Below are positions 25,756 through 32,974 of a DNA stretch of 32,974 nt, one piece after another. The translations under genes were made by a program, and so were the position numbers. The DNA is from Candidatus Nanohaloarchaea archaeon (lineage in GTDB: Archaea; Nanohalarchaeota; Nanosalinia; Nanosalinales; Nanosalinaceae): the NCBI GenBank assembly GCA_046539225.1, contig JBKHHG010000004.1, positions 1-32,974 on the forward strand. The letters run 5' to 3'. How positions within the stretch are numbered: the stretch's first letter is position 1; the number at the start of each line of letters is the position of its first letter. Under the pieces are notes generated by a model. The model saw only the letters and a list, made by a program, of their open reading frames with translations. It searched no databases and was not told the origin of the DNA.

Positions 25756-26985
25756 TTACTGGTTTCTCTCCGCTACAGTCTTGGTAAGCTGGGAGAGCTC
25801 GACCACATCGTTCATCAGATCCTTGAACTCTTCCTTGCCAATAGCTTCTTCATCCATGCCCTGAACCACCATCTCAAGGTCTTCAAGCTTCTGCTTCAGC
25901 ATGTCGACCTCGGAAACCTTGTCCTCCAAGGCCTCGAGATCCTGAATCTTATGCTCCAAGTACTTGGTCGTATCCTTCAAACGACCGAACTGGTTGACCC
26001 CCTGCTCATCTATCTGATCGATAATCTCCTCGGACTCATCCTGGCGCTCCTCAAGCTGCTTCAAGGCATCCCAGAGACTGCCAACCTCTTTACTGGTAGC
26101 GTACTGGGACGAAATCTTGTCATCAAAGTCTGAAACCTCCTCGTTAAGCTCTCGGCGGAAGTCCTCCATCTCCTCGTGGAACTCCTGCTCCGTGACCGCG
26201 TCCTGATCCTCCAGCCTCTCAATACTCGACCTGATAGACGAGAACTCGTTTCTAACAGATTCAACCTTCGACTCCAGCGTGTCCACCCGATCCTCAAACT
26301 CATTGCTGTCAGGCGTGTTCTGCTTCAAGGCCTCAATCCTGTCCTCAAGCATCTCCAGAGAGGCCCAGAGGCTTCCGACCTCAGACTTGTCAGGAGTCTT
26401 CTCCTCTATCTCGTTCTCCATAGACCCAATCTCTTCCTCAATCTCCTCTCTAAAGCTTTCAAACCTTTCCTCAATCATGGAGAGATCGACTTTCTCCTCT
26501 ATCTCAATATTCTCCAGCTCTTTCTCGACATCAGGCCTTTTATCATCCATCTTCTGCTCCAGATCATCCAGACGGTCTTCAAACAAGGTTTTATCGACTT
26601 TCTCCTCCACAGCAGCAGAAGAGGCCTGGCTCTCGACTTCTTCAAGCCTTGACTCCAGTTCTTCAATCCTCTGTAGAAGCTTGGAATTATCATCTACTTT
26701 CTCGCCTGATCCGGGCTCACCGGGCGAAACCTGCTCAGAGGCCTGAGACTCAAACCTTTGCTGCTTAAAACCTTCATCCTGTTCTCCAGCTTTTTCTTCC
26801 CGAGCATCTTCCTGTTCTACCGGTTGAGGCCTCTGTTCTGGTTCTTTATGCTTTAACTTGTGCAGCTCTCTTCTCAACTCCTTGACCTCATCGTCGTCAA
26901 TATCGATATCAGGGTCTTCTCCTTCAAGCTCCGAGATACCTTTGGATACAGATTCCTGCAGCTCTGCAGAGTTGAACAAGCTCAT
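25756..26985 (-). CDS. Large acidic coiled-coil protein with an internal EVGSLW repeat
   Basis: 409-aa E/D/K-rich heptads containing SEVGSLWASLEMLEDR and KEVGSLWDALKQLEER. Confidence 0.8.
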   Translation of the reverse strand: MSLFNSAELQESVSKGISELEGEDPDIDIDDDEVKELRRELHKLKHKEPEQRPQPVEQEDAREEKAGEQDEGFKQQRFESQASEQVSPGEPGSGEKVDDNSKLLQRIEELESRLEEVESQASSAAVEEKVDKTLFEDRLDDLEQKMDDKRPDVEKELENIEIEEKVDLSMIEERFESFREEIEEEIGSMENEIEEKTPDKSEVGSLWASLEMLEDRIEALKQNTPDSNEFEDRVDTLESKVESVRNEFSSIRSSIERLEDQDAVTEQEFHEEMEDFRRELNEEVSDFDDKISSQYATSKEVGSLWDALKQLEERQDESEEIIDQIDEQGVNQFGRLKDTTKYLEHKIQDLEALEDKVSEVDMLKQKLEDLEMVVQGMDEEAIGKEEFKDLMNDVVELSQLTKTVAERNQ

Positions 26986-27027
26986 TTTTGAGGCCTCATT
27001 TCTGTTTTTGTTCTCCCGGTTTAAATT

Positions 27028-27975
27028 TCATTGCTCGACAAGGAAGACAGGCTCTCCAGAGTCCAGGACTTTTTCACCGTCAAAAAACACCGTCGGATCC
27101 TCACACACCGTATCCCAGTGAATACTGCATTCATTGGATTCATCTCCGTCAACATACGAGGTGTTGTCGCCAAACGCAAAATGAACCGTCCCAAGAACTT
27201 TCTCATCCTGCAGAACTTTTCCTATCAAAGTTGCTTCAGGATTTGTTCCGATGCCGAACTCCGCTACTTTTCTCGAACCTTCTACATCTTCAAAGGCCTT
27301 TGAAAGCTCTGATTCTTCCCCCTGTCGAACCGCAACCGCTTCATTACCCTTTATCTCAACTTCAGTTCCTTCAGGCGCGTACGGGAAGTGATCAATGACG
27401 AGAACGCCTTCCGCATCAGTTATAGCTCCATCAACTTCGCCCGCGGGAAGATTACCGAAGTCTCCGGGCTCGTGTATAAGGCCTGTATCCGTATCGAAGT
27501 ACTCCACGTTGATAGAAAACTTCAGATCAGTTCCTGAAGGCGTTGTAACCCTGACGCGTTCCGTGTCTTTCAGCAGAGAGTAGAGTTTTCCCGAGATCTC
27601 CCCTACTCTACTATAATCCGCCTGAAGGCTTGTACTCCAGATCTCCTGGTTTATGGCGGGCATCGTCGCGATTCTCGCTCCTTCCTCGCAGGCCTCTTTT
27701 CTCGCCGATGTATGGGATATAGATTTCCTGGTCGGCGCAACCACGAGATCAAAGTCTTTCATCGCCTCAGCGATCTCTTCAGGAGGTTCTTCTCCATGTC
27801 TCTCCGGCTCATCGTACTGCTTCAATGCAACGATCGAGGCCTCTTCCCTCGCCACGCTTAAAAGCGATTCAACTATCTGCTCATCGTTTCCATCGTTCAA
27901 GACGAGAACAGTTTCACCATGTTTCAGATCCATGCACTGACTGAGAACTGTCTCGGCTCCTCTCTCAAGATCCAT
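27028..27975 (-). CDS. M29-like (AmpS/AmpT) metallo-aminopeptidase
   Basis: TP.GTDL, NLP.GEV, AEFGIGTNP, DEKVLGTVHFAFG.N and HWD motifs. Confidence 0.9.
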   Translation of the reverse strand: MDLERGAETVLSQCMDLKHGETVLVLNDGNDEQIVESLLSVAREEASIVALKQYDEPERHGEEPPEEIAEAMKDFDLVVAPTRKSISHTSARKEACEEGARIATMPAINQEIWSTSLQADYSRVGEISGKLYSLLKDTERVRVTTPSGTDLKFSINVEYFDTDTGLIHEPGDFGNLPAGEVDGAITDAEGVLVIDHFPYAPEGTEVEIKGNEAVAVRQGEESELSKAFEDVEGSRKVAEFGIGTNPEATLIGKVLQDEKVLGTVHFAFGDNTSYVDGDESNECSIHWDTVCEDPTVFFDGEKVLDSGEPVFLVEQ

Positions 27976-28045
27976 AACCCTGTATACGAGGCCTCAAGTT
28001 AGAAAGCTTTCCCCTGTAGAGGCCTGAAAGCATCAGCTCTAAAAC

Positions 28046-28243
28046 TTACTTCAGCCTGACACCCGTTCCCCTACCAAGATCCACGAACTCGAGATTGCCT
28101 TCACGGGCAAGCCAGCCCACCGCCATATTCACCTTTGACTGCGGACCCTCAACCTCTCTCGAAATCTGGCTCAACGAGGCCTCTCCAGCCTCTTCAAGAA
28201 AATCGTAGACCTCGCCCGCAAGCTCACCTATAGTATGTTCCAT
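28046..28243 (-). CDS. Small winged-helix protein (DUF2582-like)
   Basis: IGE.AG.VY..L and A.GWLAREG motifs. Confidence 0.88.
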   Translation of the reverse strand: MEHTIGELAGEVYDFLEEAGEASLSQISREVEGPQSKVNMAVGWLAREGNLEFVDLGRGTGVRLK

Positions 28244-28325
28244 AGAAAAGATTTAACTCGCTCTACTTTAAACAATTTCCCCGAACTATCCAAATTAAAA
28301 CTTTCACCCCTCCAAACAAAGACAG

Positions 28326-28455
28326 GCCTCGGTGGCTCAGCCTGGCTAGAGCGATCCCCTCGTACGAACTTCTGAAAGTTCGACCATCACCAGCCTTTCA
28401 AAAAAAGGCCTTCCGAGAAAGGGATAGGTCCCGGGTTCAAATCCCGGCCGGGGCT
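28326..28455 (+). tRNA. tRNA-Thr(CGT) with a 55-nt intron (28365-28419) at 37/38
   Basis: 5' exon GCCTCGGTGGCTCAGCCTGGCTAGAGCGATCCCCTCGTA; 3' exon AGGGATAGGTCCCGGGTTCAAATCCCGGCCGGGGCT; canonical BHB with helix CTCG/CGAG and flanking GAA/TTC. Confidence 0.93.
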
Positions 28456-28572
28456 CTACTCTACAAATTCAAAGCCCTTAGAGCTTGACAATTCTTTCAC
28501 TTTTGAACAAAATGTATGGGGATTTGAACCTGTAAGAAACAACTTCTTTAACATAGAAACGAAGCATGAAAT

Positions 28573-29430
28573 ATGGAAATAACGATTGTAGGCTCTGGGG
28601 GCAATTCATCTCCTCCTATGCCAACCTGTGACTGCGAAATATGTGAAGAGGCAAGGGAAAAAGGAGTTCCCTACTCAAGAAGCGGAAACTCAATATTTAT
28701 CCACGACCAGAATATCCTGATTGACACTCCAGAGAGAATCTGGGACTCTCTGAACAGGGAAAATATCGAAAAAGTTGATTACATCTTTATCTCCCACTTC
28801 CACGCAGACCATGTGCTTGGACTAAGAGTTCTACAGCCGCTCGGATTAGAAGAGATACCGGTAGAAAACTTTGTCGGAGAAGACAAACCAACACTGGTTA
28901 TGAGCCAGCAAACATATGATAGAGTGGTAGATGGAAACGAAGTCTTTCAAGCAATAACTGGTAACTGGGCGGATGTAGAAATACTAAACGATGGAGAAAC
29001 TATGGAAATCGGAGATTTAGAGGTCAAGTCTATAGGAGCTGAATTAGAAAAAGGCAATGGAAAAGAAGTCTTCGGATTTCTACTCACAGAAGACGATAAG
29101 ACTGCTTTCATCTCCCCTGATGAAAATAGACACTTCAAACTTGATAGACTGCCAAAATTAGACCTGTGGATAAAGGAAACAGGTTATTTCGAGGAAACAC
29201 CTGACGGAAGACTTCTGAGGACAGAGAAAGCTGAAGAAACAACTTTGAAGCACGAAATGAAGTTTGAGGAATCTTTGGAACAGATTAGACAGGTTAAGCC
29301 GGAAAGAGTCGTTATGACAGAAATAGAGGAGCTCTTCAGAAGAAGCTACGACGACTACAAAGAACTCGAAAAGAAATACCCAGCACTAAATCTAGAGTTC
29401 GCGTACGATGGAATGAAGATCAATCTTTAG
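28573..29430 (+). CDS. Metallo-beta-lactamase-fold hydrolase (PhnP-like)
   Basis: GSGG...P.P.CDCEIC, LIDTP, SHFHADH..GL and a C-terminal AYDGM.I. Confidence 0.9.
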   Translation: MEITIVGSGGNSSPPMPTCDCEICEEAREKGVPYSRSGNSIFIHDQNILIDTPERIWDSLNRENIEKVDYIFISHFHADHVLGLRVLQPLGLEEIPVENFVGEDKPTLVMSQQTYDRVVDGNEVFQAITGNWADVEILNDGETMEIGDLEVKSIGAELEKGNGKEVFGFLLTEDDKTAFISPDENRHFKLDRLPKLDLWIKETGYFEETPDGRLLRTEKAEETTLKHEMKFEESLEQIRQVKPERVVMTEIEELFRRSYDDYKELEKKYPALNLEFAYDGMKINL

Positions 29431-29504
29431 CTATACACCTTGAACTCTTAGGTCAGATCCGGTCAGGGCTTCAGCCTTTGGGTTCAAGGCCCGACAATTT
29501 TTCT

Positions 29505-29978
29505 TCATATCTCCTTGAACTTTACCGAGATATGGTCCTGGAAACTGTTATCTTTCCAGAATTTGTCGGCCCCCTCATTTCCCTCAATCACTCTGGCCTT
29601 TACCAAATCAATGCTTTTTTTCTTGAACCATTCTTCAGCTTTTTTCTCGAGTTTTTCGCCGATTCCCTGGCCTCTTTTCTCCTTTTTTACGAAGACCTTG
29701 CTTATTTCACCGAGTTTTTCCTGCCTGAGTATTTCAGGATGTTCCTCAATAGAAGCTGACAAATAGCCAATTACCTCTTTATCTTCCTCGACTATAAGGT
29801 ATAAGGAATCAGGATTTTCCAGATCTTTTTCTAATTTCTCCCGGTAAATTTTCTCTGCATCCTGCTTTAAAGTAACAAACTTGTGGTGATACTCCTCGTG
29901 GAAACGCATGAACATATTCCACATCTCTATAATATCTTCAGTATCAGAGGCCTCCGCCACCCGGATATTTACAGCCAT
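29505..29978 (-). CDS. GNAT-family N-acetyltransferase (start probably ATG29978)
   Basis: IR.A...D, V....RGQGIG..L and N.GA..FW...F motifs. Confidence 0.92.
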   Translation of the reverse strand: MAVNIRVAEASDTEDIIEMWNMFMRFHEEYHHKFVTLKQDAEKIYREKLEKDLENPDSLYLIVEEDKEVIGYLSASIEEHPEILRQEKLGEISKVFVKKEKRGQGIGEKLEKKAEEWFKKKSIDLVKARVIEGNEGADKFWKDNSFQDHISVKFKEI

Positions 29979-30108
29979 AAATAAATTTTTTCTATCGACT
30001 AAATAAACCTTTGATGCTCTCGAGGAGGCCGCGAGTTTAATTTTTAGAATCAGTACTAAACCGATCAAGAAGGTTAAAGGCCTCTTAACTAAAATAAAAA
30101 AGAGGTGG

Positions 30109-30642
30109 TTAGAGACCGAAGAAGGCGAGTATTCTCTGTATCAGGGATTTTTTCTGTTCCTGTGGCTCTTCCAAGGTTTCCATGGTCTGTCCGTCGTGCT
30201 TGACTTCAAGCTGGAATCCTGGTGAGGCCTCGAACTCTGCGCTGTAGTTAATGTTTGTGACTACCTGTGTGCAGGCCTGCGACCGGTTTTCAAGGCTGTC
30301 TTTCTTGGTTTTGATGTGGAGGCTGTACCTGTTTTCGCCTGTTTCTTTGACATCTTGGTCGATGACGTGGCAGGGTGTCGGAGCTTTGATAGCGCCTTGA
30401 AAAGTTACACCGGATTCTGAATAGGTCGCGTTTCTGACCCGGTTCCCGGTCTCGTTCTGGGTCTGTCCCGTCATGGATACCCGGGCTGTGTACTCTGTGC
30501 CGTTCTCGGTTACTTCTGTGGTTGAGGAGGCTGACTCTCCTGAAGTTATCGATACTTCTCCATCTGAACCGTTGTGGCCTACTACTGCGGCCGCGCCCGT
30601 GATCAGGCCTATCATCGCAAGTATTACAGCTGTCTTTCTCAT
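30109..30642 (-). CDS. Secreted or surface hypothetical protein
   Basis: Signal peptide, PTPC...C.QV cysteine pair and amphipathic C-terminus (IQRILAFFGL). Confidence 0.8.
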   Translation of the reverse strand: MRKTAVILAMIGLITGAAAVVGHNGSDGEVSITSGESASSTTEVTENGTEYTARVSMTGQTQNETGNRVRNATYSESGVTFQGAIKAPTPCHVIDQDVKETGENRYSLHIKTKKDSLENRSQACTQVVTNINYSAEFEASPGFQLEVKHDGQTMETLEEPQEQKKSLIQRILAFFGL

Positions 30643-30703
30643 ACAGAGTTATTGATTAAGGCTTGTTTTTAAGTTGGCGGATTTTGTTCGGACCATGTCG
30701 AAC

Positions 30704-31459
30704 CTATTCTTCTTTCATTTCGGAAACGTAGTTCTTGATGACGGTGCTTTTGGCATCCGCTGATTCGCCCGGGTTTTTGACGTAGAAAGAGGCCTCAAGC
30801 TCTACCCCGTCTTTGCCGGCGCTCCTGTAGTTTACTTCAGGCTCCGGAGAGTTAAGGACCTTGTCGGTTTCCTCGATGCAGTCTGTCAGGGTTTGAGAGG
30901 CCTTCTCGGCTTTCCCGGCTTCTATGTCCGTGCTTATGGATACACGGGTTTTCCTGCCTTTTGTATAGTTTTTCACGACCCCTGTCGTCAAAGCAGCGTT
31001 AGGCACCACTTTTTTCTCGCCTCCACCGTTTAAAGTCGTGGCACGCAGCTTTATCTCCTTTACAACTCCCTCGGTATCTCCTAACTTGATGTAGTCGCCT
31101 TTGATGAACGGGTTGTCGAGATGGATGAGTATGCCCGCCACAAGATTCGAAACCTGGTCTCTCATTCCAAAACCGACAGCAACCGTCGCAGCAGCTCCAA
31201 TCGCCGCAAGGACGCTTACAAGATTCCCAAAGCTTCCGGCCTGTAGGGCGAGAGTAAAAGTTATGAAGAGGCCTGAAACCCCTGTTAGGTTTTCAAGCGA
31301 GTGAACAGCCTTCTCGCTTTTTCTTGAGTAAGCTCTGCGCGTCAAAGGCATCAAAACCGTTCTCGTGAAAAATATTCCCGCAACCAGTACAACAGCAAAC
31401 CTGAAAAGCTAAATGTAGACGCTTGAACCAGTCCAGTAAGCTGCAAGAGCTTCCAGCAT
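30704..31459 (-). CDS. mscS: MscS-family mechanosensitive channel with an in-frame TAG at codon 17 (31409-31411)
   Basis: AVGFG..D.VSNLVAG......PF..GD.I.....GVV.EI.LRAT.L and VPN motifs. ATG31459, 4 nt after the dnaG stop, gives MLEALAAYWTGSSVYI*LFRFAVVLVAGIFF, in frame with the called ORF. Confidence 0.85.
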
Positions 31460-31463
31460 TTTT

Positions 31464-32564
31464 TCAGGCCTCCACGCGCTCCTTCCGCGTCAAAATCCTG
31501 ACTTTACTGGAGTTAACAGAGCCTCCGCGGGTTTTACCCGCGATATAATCGGCTTCAAGCTCCTCGGCTTTTTCCACAGCCGCCTCATCAATTTCACCAT
31601 CTACTACTACCGCATAGGCCTCTTCTGAAAGTTCTCCAATGTTTGAAGCCGGCACGCGCTCCAGTTCGTTTCCCTCTTCGTCGAGGCTCATCGCTGCTCT
31701 CGTCCCCACAAGCTCCCGGAACTCTTCCTCGAACTCAGGCCTTTCATCATCTACTTCTTCAACTTCTGCATACTTGACAGGTTTTTTATCCCGTAGAAGC
31801 TCATGGATCTTTTTCTCGCTGATTTCCTCGACTTCCTCGTCTTCAGGGGCTTTTGCAAAGTATCTGGGAACTTCTTTCTGCTTCAGCTCTTTCAGTATCA
31901 GTTTTCCGCCTCTATCTCCGTCTACAAACGCAGTCACGTCTTTTTCCTCCGCCATCTTCTCTATTTCTTCCGGTACGGACGAGCCGCCGAGCGCCACGGC
32001 GTTTTTCACCCCGCATCTCAACAGGTTTTTAACGTCTGATTCGCCCTCTACAAGTATTATTTCGTCGCTGAGATCTGCGTCAGGCCCTGCGGGAAATCCT
32101 CTGTACTCTGTGACCGCTTCAGATCTTATCTCTTTCTTTAAGTCTTCTTCAATCGCTTTCCTGTCCGGAGAATCTTTTTTTATCTCGTTCAGAAGCTGTT
32201 TAGCCCTTTTTACTATGTAGTCTCTCTTTGATGCGCGTTCATCTCTTATTTCTTTTACTCTGATGTCCGCATTGGAAGGCCCTATCTGTTCGATGGTTTC
32301 GAGAGAAGCCGCGAACAGAGATGTGTCTGTAGCGTTCATAGAGGTCGGAATCTTCAGCTCGGCTTTCTCGCCGTTTTCCTCTAAATCTATTTCAAGTCTG
32401 GATACCTTTCCCTTTTTCCTCAGCTGTTTGAGCTCGAGGTCGCCGAGGAGGCCTTCCGTCTGGCCGAATATCGCCCCGACTATATCGGATTTTTCTACTA
32501 ACCCCGAGGTCTTCACCTCGGCTACAATCACGTAGTTCGCCTGTTTCATCGCTGCTTTTCCCAT
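31464..32564 (-). CDS. dnaG: Archaeal DnaG (TOPRIM domain, exosome-associated)
   Basis: G.VEK.DIVGAIFGQTEGLLG, AA.LETI..IGP, LVEG..DV.NL and FVDGDRGG.LIL motifs. Confidence 0.96.
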   Translation of the reverse strand: MGKAAMKQANYVIVAEVKTSGLVEKSDIVGAIFGQTEGLLGDLELKQLRKKGKVSRLEIDLEENGEKAELKIPTSMNATDTSLFAASLETIEQIGPSNADIRVKEIRDERASKRDYIVKRAKQLLNEIKKDSPDRKAIEEDLKKEIRSEAVTEYRGFPAGPDADLSDEIILVEGESDVKNLLRCGVKNAVALGGSSVPEEIEKMAEEKDVTAFVDGDRGGKLILKELKQKEVPRYFAKAPEDEEVEEISEKKIHELLRDKKPVKYAEVEEVDDERPEFEEEFRELVGTRAAMSLDEEGNELERVPASNIGELSEEAYAVVVDGEIDEAAVEKAEELEADYIAGKTRGGSVNSSKVRILTRKERVEA

Positions 32565-32803
32565 TTTTCCACCTTCTGTTCTACCTCTTCTTCCGTGAGG
32601 CCTACCTTGATTTTTTTGCGTGAAGATTTATGTCCCTTGAGTATCGCAACTTTTTCTCCAAGAACCCGGCCCAGTCTTTCCCTGAGTTCAGAGTTGGCCC
32701 TGTTGTTCTCCGCCTCCTGCGTCAAAGACACCTGAAGCATGTGGCCCGTTTCCACGTCAAACTCTTCCTGACCGGTCTCAACTTTTACATAGATCTCTGT
32801 CAT
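32546..32803 (-). CDS. DUF167 (YggU/UPF0235) family protein
   Basis: I.VKV, L.V.L...AE..RAN.EL...L and I..G.KS..K motifs. Confidence 0.88.
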   Translation of the reverse strand: MTEIYVKVETGQEEFDVETGHMLQVSLTQEAENNRANSELRERLGRVLGEKVAILKGHKSSRKKIKVGLTEEEVEQKVEKWEKQR

Positions 32804-32813
32804 AATGAAAAAC

Positions 32814-32882
32814 GGCTACCTGGTAACACAGACAGTCATTCCAGTCCCTCGAAGGTCCTGCCTGCTGACCATGCAGGTAGCC
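32814..32882 (-). ncRNA. Candidate ~70-nt structured RNA or 5' leader
   Basis: Terminal stem GGCTACCTG/CAGGTAGCC and inner stem CAGCAGGCAG/CTGTCTGTG (G-U pairing favours the minus strand), apical CCT-TCG-AGG, TTAAGA about 25 nt upstream and TTTTT directly downstream. Confidence 0.5.
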
Positions 32883-32919
32883 ATTGAAGTATTTGGGAAG
32901 AACTCTTAAGGCCTCTGGG

Positions 32920-32974
32920 TTACTGGAAGAATACGCCGTCTTTGACCGCGGGCTTGAACTCGGATTCTCGTGTC
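32920..32974 (-). CDS. 3' end of a gene entering from the right edge (...TRESEFKPAVKDGVFFQ*)
   Basis: Open frame ending in TAA at 32920-32922; too short to identify. Confidence 0.4.
   Translation of the reverse strand, partial: TRESEFKPAVKDGVFFQ

Noticed and set aside
177..31411. Genome-wide TAG recoding or an amber-suppressor tRNA
   Set aside because: TAG ends genes at family-typical positions (ppiC 4542, both M42 genes at 22378 and 23451, the MBL hydrolase 29430, MscS 30704). The two tRNA-Gln genes have TTG and CTG anticodons, not CTA.

Overview
Gene-dense archaeal chromosome segment with very acidic proteins and moderate GC, most consistent with a halophilic DPANN archaeon (Nanohaloarchaeota; this assignment is inference). 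Core genes are the rps13-rps4-rps11-rpoD operon, cbf5, a DUF106 insertase, histone-RPA-radA, a 2H phosphoesterase, a SalX/SalY-type ABC module with a COG1361 protein, two M42 peptidases, one M29 peptidase and dnaG. There are five tRNA genes: Leu-TAA, Ser-TGA and Thr-CGT carry introns, Gln-TTG and Gln-CTG do not. The most unusual signals are mainly non-coding. (1) Gene or tRNA ends are repeatedly copied locally in a direct/inverted/direct pattern around short hairpins, many followed by CATCA. (2) The same 19-nt hairpin lies in two different tRNA introns, with a covarying intergenic copy. (3) The palindrome AGGCCT is strongly over-represented, in a HIP1-like way. Other points: a 71-bp identical tract between diverged M42 paralogs, two uncalled translationally coupled micro-ORFs, a convergent RelE/antitoxin pair, single in-frame TAG codons in the RelE and MscS genes, and a candidate ~70-nt structured RNA near the right end.
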